From contig CDRNVI010000024.1 in NCBI GenBank assembly GCA_977017575.1, forward strand, positions 248,001 through 312,000: 64,000 nt of DNA, given 5' to 3'. Below the pieces are notes generated by a model, which saw only the letters and a list, made by a program, of their open reading frames with translations, ran no database searches and was not told the DNA's origin. The translations under genes and the position numbers were made by a program. This DNA is from Paramoeba atlantica. Its lineage: Eukaryota > Protista > Discosea. This document shows, piece by piece, positions 1 to 9,483 of this stretch; position 1 is the stretch's first letter; every line of letters begins with the position of its first letter.

Positions 1-1842
1 CGACTTACGTTCCATATTCAAGGAGGACGATGTCAGAGGGACTTTTGCGTCTTTCGTGGCTTCCCTCTCAGTTTCACACGATTTACTGCAGCAAGCATCG
101 GAAGTGCACCGGTACCTCCAGTTCAACTCTGGGTCTCGACGAAGAGAAGACACAGGGCGCTTTATCTTATGAATAAAACATTGGCCGACGTTCGGACGCG
201 GATGTTCCGATTTACGTTCACTCGTCGAGGGGGATGATGATAAAGAGCTATTCGCTTCTTTCGCAGTATTAGTCTCAGTCTCGCCCGCCTCCTGAGTAGT
301 TCGATGTTCACGTGAGGTGCAGGTCTGACCCTTCCGACACCTGAAGAGGAGCTTCTCACCCTTTTTAAGGGTTTCTTCCGTTTTTCCCCACATAGTAGTC
401 AAATATTCAACACGTCTCAATCGTTTGTGTACAAAACACAGTTCCCTTTCGCATTCGTTCTTTTTCAATTGAGATTCTGTCTCTTGGCGATGTGCCGATT
501 TAGGTTCGCTCTTCAAAGAGGGTGATGAAGAAAATGAGATATCCACTTCTTTCGTGTTTTTTTTCTCAGTTTCGCACGATTTACTGCAGCAAGCGTCGGA
601 CGTGCACCGGTACCTCCAGTTCAACTCTGGGTCTCGACGAAGAGAAGACACGGGGCGCTTTATCTTATGAATAAAACATTGGCCGACATTCGGACGCGGA
701 TGTTCCGATTTACGTTCACTCGTCAAAGAGGACGATGAAGCAGGGATATTAGCTTCCTTCGCACTATTCGTCTCAGTCTCGCCCGCCTCCCGGGTAGTTC
801 GATGTTCACGTGAGGTGCAGGTCTGACCCTTCCGACACCTGAAGAGGAGTTTCTCACCTTTTTTAAGGGTTTCTTCCGTTTTTCCCCACATAGTGGTCAA
901 ATATTCAACACGTCTCAATCGTTTGTGTACAAAACACAGTTCCCTTTCACATTCGTTCTTTTTCAATTGAGGTTGAGTCTCTATACGACTCGGTGCCTCT
1001 ACACGATTTGGTGTCAGGAGGTTAGTCTCCCTGTCCAGCCCAGTACAGTTGAATCCCTTTCGACACCTCATGTCATATTTCTTCCTTAATGTGCCACTTG
1101 CCTTGTCATCGTGTGGGGTAAAACGAATGAAGCATTCCACGTCCATTTCATCTTGTGATGAGGAATCTTTCGGTGCGGTAGTGCTTTTCTGAATAGCCCC
1201 GTTTTGAGAACATGCTTTGTCGATCTCATAGTGTCCCTTCTGACTATTTTTGCAAACATCGTTCCTTTCTATGCTTTGTGGCCTATTTTGAGGAAAGTCG
1301 GAAGAAGAATTCTCCTCCTTTCGTACTTCTTTACCATTCGGCAGGGATATCTCATCGAAACTTACATCTGTACGCTCTGCACGGTTCCACTCCTTTTCTC
1401 TTTGATTTACTTCTGGGCCAATCACAGGTCCGTTTTTTTCGTTAATTCTATATTTATGTTTCGCCTCTATGTTGGAGATAAACCGTCGAGAGGAGTGAGT
1501 AGGAGAGGGAGGCGCACGGATGTTATGATTCGTGTGATACGCGCAGGGCTGATCTGGACTGCAGCAGTGCACGTTCGCCAGTACCCGATGCAGGGCATGA
1601 TGCATCGAGCCGTGAATAATACACCACTGGCTGATGCCTGTAGTGTAGAGCAGAGGCATATAGCGTGGGGCGATGGAGGTGAAGGGACTGAGTATTTTGG
1701 TTCTCCCGGAGCGGTAGGCATGGGCCGCTTGAGAGTAGCGGGCTCGAGTAGACTCCAGTGTTCTTCTGGAGGTTAGGAAAAGGTTATCCACGATTTGTAG
1801 GCCTCTGCTGGGTGCGCTTCGTGTAACGGAAAAGTTGGACAT
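1..1842 (-). CDS. Repeat protein with CxxH...Cx5C putative zinc fingers; 3'-partial, runs off the window, >=614 aa
   Basis: Manual translation shows no stop from ATG at 1842 (in-frame TAA at 1846-1848 upstream) to position 1. It begins MSNFSVTRSAPSRG and contains WCIIHG..CSPDQPC, 2x LCFVHKRLRRVEYL..FRCRKGQTC and 2x QCFIHKIKRPVSSL..YRCTSDACC. Absent from the ORF track, probably because it has no stop in the window. Confidence 0.8.
   Translation of the reverse strand, partial: MSNFSVTRSAPSRGLQIVDNLFLTSRRTLESTRARYSQAAHAYRSGRTKILSPFTSIAPRYMPLLYTTGISQWCIIHGSMHHALHRVLANVHCCSPDQPCAYHTNHNIRAPPSPTHSSRRFISNIEAKHKYRINEKNGPVIGPEVNQREKEWNRAERTDVSFDEISLPNGKEVRKEENSSSDFPQNRPQSIERNDVCKNSQKGHYEIDKACSQNGAIQKSTTAPKDSSSQDEMDVECFIRFTPHDDKASGTLRKKYDMRCRKGFNCTGLDRETNLLTPNRVEAPSRIETQPQLKKNECERELCFVHKRLRRVEYLTTMWGKTEETLKKGEKLLFRCRKGQTCTSREHRTTREAGETETNSAKEANIPASSSSLTSERKSEHPRPNVGQCFIHKIKRPVSSLRRDPELNWRYRCTSDACCSKSCETEKKNTKEVDISFSSSPSLKSEPKSAHRQETESQLKKNECERELCFVHKRLRRVEYLTTMWGKTEETLKKGEKLLFRCRKGQTCTSREHRTTQEAGETETNTAKEANSSLSSSPSTSERKSEHPRPNVGQCFIHKIKRPVSSLRRDPELNWRYRCTSDACCSKSCETEREATKDAKVPLTSSSLNMERKS
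66..971. repeat. 498-bp (166-codon) near-identical tandem duplication inside the CDS
   Basis: GGTACC at 111 and 609, and CAATTGAG ending 473 and 971, share a constant offset of 498, a multiple of 3. Confidence 0.9.
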
Positions 1843-2208
1843 CGGTTAGAGAAGGAGAACCTATATTATAGTACAGGATTGAGTGTGTGGCAACCTTCAA
1901 CCAATTCGTGAGCTAAAAAGTGATCCACAGAAATACACATTGTACATTGGAGAGAGTTCCTACAGTCTGCCTAAGATAAAATGTAACAGTTGTTTAGTAT
2001 GCAAGGTTTGGTTTATGTATAACGCAGTTGTAGTGTAAAGTTACATCATTCCAAAAGATTTAATGAAAGCTAATCCCGCAATGTGTTGAACTCATACATC
2101 TACTGTAGAAGTAATCCTTTTTATATGTAAATGATCTACATGTGCAAAAGATCTTGTACGGAGGCGCTCGCAGAAGTTTGTACGAAGCGTTCACAACACC
2201 ACATGTGT

Positions 2209-3126
2209 TTATTCCGGTCGCAACAGCTCGCGTAGCCGAATAATCTTATCTCTTTTCTCTGATGGTATTTGCTGTAGCTGTGCGTCCGTTAGTGACTGAA
2301 TCTTTTCCCGTTGTTTTGGGGTCATCCCCTTCAGGAGAGCACGTTCAGCACTATTTGTGTGATCGGGTGGATGAACTAACTTCTCCTTTTTCATAGGAGG
2401 GGGTCCAGTTCCTTTTTCACTTTCTGCCCGTTCTCTCCCCTCACTGGTGTGCATCGTAACAGTTGTACTCAGTACAAGATTCTCTCTTTTATCTCGATTC
2501 TGTTCCCTCTCCCTCCCGGCTGTGTTTCCTACCGAGAGTTGCACAAACGCTTCTTCCGGCCACCCATTTTCCGGAACGCTCGAGGGGTGCATATTTTCCA
2601 TCACACACAGCACAGCATAAGCAAGTGCCGGATTCTCCTGAAATAAGGAAGTCGCTAATTGCGGCTGTTCTCTGGCCAGACTCCTTAGCTGTGCAACGCT
2701 CTCCAGCACTTGCTCTTGTGGAAGTTGTGATAAACATTGGAGAATGGGATCAATTTTATTTGAATTAATTTTATTCGATGGAGATGCAAATCCTTTGAGC
2801 GGTCTACCCCACAGAGAGGGAAGGGAAGCAGAAGAATAAGAAGACGATCGACGGGAGGCTAACGAAGAACGATGTGAGATTTCCACACGAAGAGGCTTGC
2901 CGTTAATCACTCGATTTTGAAGTCCCTGCTGCGCGCAGGCCGCAGAGGTTCCGTCGGTGTACTCACAAAATCCGTACCCGAGCAACTCGCCGTCGGGGTT
3001 CTTTTTAAGGTGAAGCCGTTTGACGGGTCCGAATTCCTGGAAGGCACGGAGAAGTAGAGATTCCGGGGTGGAGGGGGTGAAGTTGTTAAAGAAGAGAGTG
3101 GCAGGGGAGGAAGAGGGTGTGTCCAT
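2209..3126 (-). CDS. CSTF2: Cleavage stimulation factor 64 kDa subunit / Rna15 homologue
   Basis: N-terminal RRM (LGYGFCEY), hinge-like segment (LAREQPQLATSLFQENPALAYA) and C-terminal SLTDAQLQQIPSEKRDKIIRLR typical of CstF64/Rna15. Confidence 0.85.
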   Translation of the reverse strand: MDTPSSSPATLFFNNFTPSTPESLLLRAFQEFGPVKRLHLKKNPDGELLGYGFCEYTDGTSAACAQQGLQNRVINGKPLRVEISHRSSLASRRSSSYSSASLPSLWGRPLKGFASPSNKINSNKIDPILQCLSQLPQEQVLESVAQLRSLAREQPQLATSLFQENPALAYAVLCVMENMHPSSVPENGWPEEAFVQLSVGNTAGREREQNRDKRENLVLSTTVTMHTSEGRERAESEKGTGPPPMKKEKLVHPPDHTNSAERALLKGMTPKQREKIQSLTDAQLQQIPSEKRDKIIRLRELLRPE

Positions 3127-3503
3127 GGGGGAGATTACAGGAAATAAGGTAGGAATGAGACTCAGTGATTTTGTCTTCTAACGAAAATAATTCGGAGGCA
3201 CACAACGAAAAGCCGAAAAGTAAATCATTTTTTCTCCTTACAATGTTTTTCCCTTGTCTTCTGATAAATTTTTCTTTAACGTGGATCTCGTATGATGTAT
3301 CGCCTGTGTTTCTACATAACGTACAAGGAAAGAAAAAGGAATGATTTGGGATAATCAATGTGCATTTTTTTCGTTTTGTTGCATCATTAGTCAGTGGTTC
3401 ATCGAGACTAACTCTTAAGCTGAAAATAGTAACGCACAGCATCATAAAAAGAAAATGCAATAAGGACAGCGCGCACAGGTGCATGTAATCTTCTTTTCAA
3501 CAA

Positions 3504-4523
3504 CTATGAAAGCTCATAGTGGTACCCGAACATCTTTTTCATGCCCTCCCAGAAAACGTTCATCCACCCTTGTGAGATCCTTTCTTTTTCCATGAACGGA
3601 AATTCACTGTGTTCGAATTCCATCACAGTTTTCCCTTCCTCCCCCTCCTTCTCCTTTAACCTAATATGGACCATTGAATCCGGTGAGATCGGGTCCCAGG
3701 ATTTCATACGGAGTTGCATTTTCACATTACACGGGGAGGTTGCCTCTATGATTTTACCGGTCATCGCGCCATCCAGAAGAGACACCTCACCCCCGGGCTG
3801 GGGATCAATACGACAAGGCGCTCGGGTATAGGCACTCACTCTGCGCTGCTCCGTGAGACATTCATAAACCTCTGTCGGGCTACATTGCCACACTAAATGC
3901 ATTTTGAGTGAAGTAGAATTTGGGAGCTTCTCCTCTTTCGATGGTTCGCCTCCTTTAGCTTCACTGGTCGTTGATTTTGCGGCTTCGCACGTTGCACGAT
4001 TCGTCGACGACCGTGTTGGTAGATTTTGCACACCCATTAGATCGTTACGAATGATCTGTTTCAGCATTTCGCGCAGACAAGGGACGGCTTCTTTTCGTAC
4101 AAAGGAAAGGATGTCGTCTTCTGCGTCTCCACCAGAGGATTCCGCTTTCGTGACGCGGATTTCGTGTTCCTCTTCAAAATTTTGTGTGTCGCAATCGACA
4201 ATTTTGAATCTACCCTTCAAGAGTTCATTGTCGTCTGATTTCGATTTTACACTCCAGCTGAGTTCAAAATTCATTTCAAAGAAACAAATTGGCTTTCCTT
4301 TCCGGCTCGCGACCGTAACCTCACCGTTAAATGCGGTTAACTCATGAGCCTGTACCACATAGCTATCCGACGCACAGAGCTCCCTATCTTTGAACTGTTG
4401 AGCGAGGTGTTCCTTCCAGTGCATTGTCTTGTCACGTTGCTCCCAGTGCCACTCATTTACGTTGGCGCCATCCGTTCGGTCAGCAACAATCCAGCGAGGG
4501 TCTGCGTCACCCAGGCGTGCCAT
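3504..4523 (-). CDS. AHSA1: Activator of Hsp90 ATPase (Aha1)
   Basis: Start reset to MARLGDADPRWIV. Has ANVNEWHWEQRD, SRKGKPICFF and a C-terminal AHSA1 domain (SPTEVYECLT...GW..FW). Confidence 0.92.
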   Translation of the reverse strand: MARLGDADPRWIVADRTDGANVNEWHWEQRDKTMHWKEHLAQQFKDRELCASDSYVVQAHELTAFNGEVTVASRKGKPICFFEMNFELSWSVKSKSDDNELLKGRFKIVDCDTQNFEEEHEIRVTKAESSGGDAEDDILSFVRKEAVPCLREMLKQIIRNDLMGVQNLPTRSSTNRATCEAAKSTTSEAKGGEPSKEEKLPNSTSLKMHLVWQCSPTEVYECLTEQRRVSAYTRAPCRIDPQPGGEVSLLDGAMTGKIIEATSPCNVKMQLRMKSWDPISPDSMVHIRLKEKEGEEGKTVMEFEHSEFPFMEKERISQGWMNVFWEGMKKMFGYHYELS

Positions 4524-4803
4524 CGAAGGAACTAAGAAAACAGAAATATGCACTTGATCAGAAAATTGGTACACCGTGTATTAAAGCCGTAGTTTTACTT
4601 GAGAAGAAAAATTGCTATTGGTGAACGTAAAACTGGTAAAATGAAAAACAAAAAAATAGTCTATACCAAAGCGAAAAGCGTTGACCCGGATCTTACTCAT
4701 TTTTTAGCTTTAGTTTACATGATTTTGTAGCACTCTATCTGTACTTAATATTAGCTTCACTCCATTGTGCGTACAAAAAGAGTGCAACCCCGGTTTATTC
4801 CCT

Positions 4804-6021
4804 TTACTCCCCCTCCTGTTCTTCCACTCTAGAAGTCTGACACTCCACCCCTGGCCGGCACCTCCACCCGGTCTCCCTTTTTTCCAAATTATTCTCACTG
4901 CGCTCCTTCCCATGGACCACACAGACCTGTCGCACCGTAATCCGTGGATTCGAGACCTTACATTCCTGAGGAGCAACACAGTGCCACGTGTTACTCACCT
5001 CCTCATACCGTAAATAGTCCTTTCGTCGTTGTTTCTTGTGGGTCGTACACAGCTCGGTGTCTTCTGCTTTGGTGAGGTCACTGGAGTGAGTCTTCCCCTC
5101 CCCGTTCCCCTCCCCCCCTCCTCCCCCCACCCCCGGGAGTCGACAGGTGAGCCCCTGCCGGCACACATAGGTGTTGGAATCCTCATCGAAGTTCAAGTGA
5201 CTCACCCATCGTGATTTCCCGTGCACGGCACAGGTTTGCTTCACTTTGGCTAACCCGATCGGGTCGTGCTCTCTTTTGTTTTCCGCATTTCTTTGTTGCT
5301 GAAACACCAAACAGGCGTTTTCCGGTTTACAGTTCCATTGCTGCTTTTCGTTGTTAAACTCCAAGTAGTGTTCGTGTCGGATGCGGTCGTGGAGCGCACA
5401 GAGCTGCTGGGGGATGCGGGAGAGGCGTTTGTGGGGGGTATCGACCAGACAGGCGTTCCCGGGTTTACATTTCCATGTGTTGGATACGGCACAGTGGGTC
5501 ATTTTGTCCGCAATGCGCTCTTTGCCGTGGAGCGCGCAGACACGGCGGGAGATCGGGGGGGTGGGGTGGGGCATATTTTTTTGTGTATTTGATGATGAGG
5601 ATGAGGATGCTGATTCTGTTATCGGAGATTCGGCGTCAGATTCGGCTAAATTTGCATTTTCGTGTTCTTCTTCCTCTTCTTCTCCATTTTCGTATTCCTG
5701 TTCTTCATTTTCATCTTCTTGTGGCTGAGCAGCAGTGCGGGATGTGGCATAAAAAGAATTTTGGGTGTGGAGAAGAGGAAAGGGGGTTGTGGTGAAATGA
5801 GCTCTGCGAGTAGCATTTGAAAAGAGAAGAAAGGATGAAATGGGGTAAATGTTTCGGAGGGCATGAGGTGGAGAAATGGTCGGAGACTGTGTCGTAAGGA
5901 GAGCATGGTCTCGGACCAAAGCATTTACACTCAGGGAGCTATGTTTTGGACAATGAACTCGTTTTGTGCAACGGGGGAGCCACGCTCTTGACGGAGGTGT
6001 GAAACGGCTGAGTAAAACCAT
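4804..6021 (-). CDS. Protein with five CxxH...Cx5C putative zinc fingers, an acidic linker and a presequence-like N-terminus
   Basis: First ATG at 6021 (the track start is TTG). Five motifs, e.g. CALHGKERIADKM..WKCKPGNAC and CVVHGKERSENNL..WRCRPGVEC. Confidence 0.8.
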   Translation of the reverse strand: MVLLSRFTPPSRAWLPRCTKRVHCPKHSSLSVNALVRDHALLTTQSPTISPPHALRNIYPISSFLLFSNATRRAHFTTTPFPLLHTQNSFYATSRTAAQPQEDENEEQEYENGEEEEEEHENANLAESDAESPITESASSSSSSNTQKNMPHPTPPISRRVCALHGKERIADKMTHCAVSNTWKCKPGNACLVDTPHKRLSRIPQQLCALHDRIRHEHYLEFNNEKQQWNCKPENACLVFQQQRNAENKREHDPIGLAKVKQTCAVHGKSRWVSHLNFDEDSNTYVCRQGLTCRLPGVGGGGGEGNGEGKTHSSDLTKAEDTELCTTHKKQRRKDYLRYEEVSNTWHCVAPQECKVSNPRITVRQVCVVHGKERSENNLEKRETGWRCRPGVECQTSRVEEQEGE

Positions 6022-6167
6022 GGGAAGAGTGAAAAAAAAGGATGTCAATGATTTTAGAACGTCGTATAATAACGGGTGTTTACAATTTATGCTTGGCTTA
6101 GTATAATCATGTTCAATAATTCGATTGAAATTACGAACATCACGACTACACTAAGAGTTCAAGATCC

Positions 6168-6497
6168 CTAGGACGGGTCTCTTACTTCCTCGTCGGTTGT
6201 GGAAGGTACCACTCGGTAATTTTTTCGACGAAACACAAGAGCGTTGCCCGTGTATGTTGTTCTCCATCGTGTAGGGGGAATGGCCGCTGGCCGTATTTCT
6301 GTTTCTATATCAGGTAAAGAGGTGAGAAAATTACACTCATCATTATATTCTACATCGGTGGGATCATAGCTTCGATCGAGACGGTATCGAAAATTCGTAC
6401 CCTTCTGGCGGATTGTAGATTCAAACACCGGAGACGGATGAAAAGCACTGAGCAGAGTGGATGCACCGAGTGGACGGGTGTGAACAACTCTCCTCAT
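6168..6497 (-). CDS. Small hypothetical protein, possibly mitochondrial
   Basis: ATG at 6497, same strand as neighbours, Arg-rich N-terminus (MRRVVHTRPLG). No family recognised. Confidence 0.5.
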   Translation of the reverse strand: MRRVVHTRPLGASTLLSAFHPSPVFESTIRQKGTNFRYRLDRSYDPTDVEYNDECNFLTSLPDIETEIRPAAIPPTRWRTTYTGNALVFRRKNYRVVPSTTDEEVRDPS

Positions 6498-6720
6498 TGA
6501 CAGTATCACGTAAGAATGTGTATCTTAAAAACGAAATTAAAATGTTTTTTAAAGTAGGTAAACATATCGAAGCAAGAGCCCTCCTTTTAGAGACGACACC
6601 ACGTTCGCTAATCTTACACTTTTTCTTTTTCAACAAAAATACCAGTATGTACCGAGCATTCCGCGAAAAGTGCTCCAACTTCCCGCCAACTGAAACCCCC
6701 CCACCTGCCTCCCCACCCCC

Positions 6721-8211
6721 TCATTTCTTCTTCGTCCTCGCATCCAGCACCCTCATCCTCAACCTCTCCACACTACTCTCCATCCCCGAGGTGTCCCCAA
6801 ACACCGCCAGCGTCGGGGTGGCCTCAATCATCTCCCCGCACACGCCCCGAATCCCCCCGAGCGTCACGGCGCGAACCCTCTCCGCCGCCTCCTCGAACCC
6901 CACCACCGAGGAGAACAGCAGCAGCCCGCGGCCGCACTCCTCCAGCTGCCCCAGCACCGTGTCGTTCACCAGGAACATCTGACTCAGCAGCAGCTGTTTC
7001 GCCATCTCCACGTGGTACTCACTGATGCGCTGGCCGACGGTGGCGAGTTGCTCCACCAGCACTCTTAGCAGGTGTTGGTTAAACGCGTGGGGGGCACTGC
7101 CGTAGAGCCCGAAGAGACCGGCGTCGGTGTAGGCCGCGGTGACGCACTCCACCCCCGCGACCCAGGGCTCCCGGGCGACCACCTCGCGGTAGAGCTTCGT
7201 CAGCATCCCCTTCCCCGGGCCCCCGCTGCTGAAGCTCTGGCCCCCCCCGAGCAGGCACTGGGCGACGGCCAGGGTGAAGTAGCGGGGGTGGGCGTAGGTG
7301 GGGGCGGGGTAGAAGAGACCGAGGTGGGTGTGGCTCTTCTCGGCGAACTTGTCCACGGACTCCGGGGGGAGGGTGTTGTGGGCCATGGCAATGCCCCCGT
7401 GGTAGGGGGAGGGGGGGGGTGCGGCCGTTTTCGTGGCGTTCTCGCCTTTTTGAGCGGCCAAGGGAGAGAAAGACGCGGAGGTATCCCCGACCTCTCCCGC
7501 CTTCTCCCCCTTCCCCGTGGGCTCACCAAACACAAAACACTTCTCCACATCCGCTACAAACGCGTTGTGGTCCGAGACCCCGGACCCGACCACGGTCATC
7601 CCCCCCGGGCTGACCCACTCCTTCGCAAAGTCGGCCAAAACGTTGGGGGTGATTTTCTCTAAGTCGCTGATTTCAAACAGCGCATTTCGCCCCAGCAGCT
7701 TCCCCCCAAACGCGGCCTGGTGCAACAGTTCAAAACACTGCCCGGTGGGGTCACGGGCGCGTGCGGGGATGGTTTGCGCGACGGACTGCTTGACATGTTC
7801 CAGAACCTCCGGGTCTTGGAAACTGGGAAAGACCAGGGCGCTGGAGAGGAGCTCAATCGCCTGGGGGGTGTAGTACCCCGGGCACTGCACGACGTAACTC
7901 ACACACTCGCGGTGGTTGTTGATGGCGAGCGAGTTCCCCATAAAGCTGAGGTCCTCCGCGAGGTCGCCGGAGGGTATTTTGCGGTTCGAGTGGAAGAAGT
8001 ATTTGTCGAAGAGGGCGCTGCACCCGGTGGTGGGGTCGCGCTCGCAGCGCACCCCCATTTTGAGGAAGACCCCGACGGCGCTGAGGGCGCGGGTGTCGTC
8101 GTAGGAGAGCACGCGGAGGCCGTTGGGGAGGGTGGTGAGGGATTTGGGGAAGTGGGGAGGGGGGCGGGGAGGGGGTAGAGCACGGCGTAAAAAGGTGGAA
8201 CGAAGGGACAT
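6721..8211 (-). CDS. PMPCA: Mitochondrial processing peptidase alpha subunit (M16 family)
   Basis: Glycine-rich loop LGGGQSFSSGGPGKGMLTKLY, N-terminal TTLPNGLRV, no HxxEH zinc motif (non-catalytic subunit). Confidence 0.93.
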   Translation of the reverse strand: MSLRSTFLRRALPPPRPPPHFPKSLTTLPNGLRVLSYDDTRALSAVGVFLKMGVRCERDPTTGCSALFDKYFFHSNRKIPSGDLAEDLSFMGNSLAINNHRECVSYVVQCPGYYTPQAIELLSSALVFPSFQDPEVLEHVKQSVAQTIPARARDPTGQCFELLHQAAFGGKLLGRNALFEISDLEKITPNVLADFAKEWVSPGGMTVVGSGVSDHNAFVADVEKCFVFGEPTGKGEKAGEVGDTSASFSPLAAQKGENATKTAAPPPSPYHGGIAMAHNTLPPESVDKFAEKSHTHLGLFYPAPTYAHPRYFTLAVAQCLLGGGQSFSSGGPGKGMLTKLYREVVAREPWVAGVECVTAAYTDAGLFGLYGSAPHAFNQHLLRVLVEQLATVGQRISEYHVEMAKQLLLSQMFLVNDTVLGQLEECGRGLLLFSSVVGFEEAAERVRAVTLGGIRGVCGEMIEATPTLAVFGDTSGMESSVERLRMRVLDARTKKK

Positions 8212-8654
8212 GGAGGGGGGAACGAAGGGGGAAATGTGATTTTTGGGGTGCTTTGGGGGGTAGAAAAGGGAAGAAGGGTGGGATAGGTGTTGTTGAAAGA
8301 AAACGAAGAGGACGGTTACACGGATTGATTAGAAAATGACACGCTCAACATGTAGGATACATGTATAAAAGGTTTTGTGGAAGACTAAACCCCTCGACCT
8401 CGGAATGTAAAAAACAAATCGGCCCCATAACTCCTATTGGGTCATGAACTGCACCTTTCTAAAGCACCCTTGTGTTAAAACACACCCTGTCCTGTCTCTT
8501 CATCCAACCACACTCTATGTGGCAACAAAAAACGTTTTCAAAATTGACAACTACCGTTATCGCACAGCAATGGACACCCAATTTGACAATGCACGCATTA
8601 AACGTAAAAAATTAAAATAACTTTCTTTTTATCCTCTCTACTCGATCCCCCCTT

Positions 8655-9344
8655 TCACTCCATCCTCCCTTCTCCTATCCCACTGGAAACCCTACACTGG
8701 GACGCGGGGTGACACCTCCAGCACTGCTCCGAGGCGAGATAGACCAAGTTCGCCTCACTCCGTACCTTACGGTGCAGTGCACACATAAACGACCGGCTCG
8801 GACCAGGAGGAGGAGGCGGAGGGTGCGCATGAGGTCCACGAGAACCCGAGGACCCATACCCCCCATAGGAGCTCGAATACGAGCCGGAGTACGAGCCCCC
8901 TGTACCCCCATAGGTACGCGGCCGGTACCCCCCCGTAGACTTACACACACTCTCCGGGCGGCAGCGCCAGGTCCCGGCATAGTGGTCTTGTACCAAATTG
9001 CACACACTACGCTCTTTTCCGTGCAGGGAACACCTGAAGACCCCGTCCATGGTGTAATCTTTTGCCTTCTTTTCCGTTTCATGACGACTTTCGTTATTCT
9101 TTTCATCGTTCTCCTCCTCATCGCCCTCTCGCCCGGTACTCGCGTGTCTCTTTCTTTGCTGTTCCCCCGGTGGGGTTTTACACAGGTGCTCCTCGGCACA
9201 GCGATACCCCCCGAGGTGGTGATCGAACCGAAGCACCTCGGGGTTACGGACCTTGTCGTGAATCATGCAACGCTCTCGACGAAGGGAGGGGGGAGGGGAG
9301 ACGGGGGACCAGGAGGTGTGGGGAGCGTCCGGGTGAGAGGACAT
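8655..9344 (-). CDS. Protein with three CxxH...Cx5C putative zinc fingers and a Ser/Gly/Tyr low-complexity segment
   Basis: CMIHDKVR..YRCAEEHLC, CSLHGKER..WRCRPESVC and CALHRKVR..WRCHPASQC, plus YGGTGGSYSGSYSSSYGGYGS. Confidence 0.8.
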   Translation of the reverse strand: MSSHPDAPHTSWSPVSPPPSLRRERCMIHDKVRNPEVLRFDHHLGGYRCAEEHLCKTPPGEQQRKRHASTGREGDEEENDEKNNESRHETEKKAKDYTMDGVFRCSLHGKERSVCNLVQDHYAGTWRCRPESVCKSTGGYRPRTYGGTGGSYSGSYSSSYGGYGSSGSRGPHAHPPPPPPGPSRSFMCALHRKVRSEANLVYLASEQCWRCHPASQCRVSSGIGEGRME

Positions 9345-9470
9345 GGGAAAATAGAGGGGGTGAGGGGGTGGGGAGGGGAGGGAAGGGACTTAAGAAGAGA
9401 GAAAAGATGAGCCTGGGCGTTAAATTGGGTGAAGGAAGAGATAAAAAAGGAGGAGGTAAAATAAGGAAAT
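9345..9470 (-). promoter_or_regulatory. Pyrimidine-rich tract upstream of the start codon (putative trans-splicing signal)
   Basis: The plus strand is almost purely A/G here, so the coding strand is polypyrimidine. Similar tracts precede 3126 and 8211. Confidence 0.45.
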
Positions 9471-9483
9471 ACATTACGGAATA

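Noticed and set aside
1204-1776. 190-aa plus-strand ORF, and 162-359 on the minus strand
   Set aside because: Antisense or alternative-frame shadows of the longer minus-strand gene 1-1842.
7072-8178. Long antisense ORFs over MPP-alpha; likewise over PANK, the 8655 gene and RPA1
   Set aside because: Explained by high GC and scarce stop codons; no recognisable domains.
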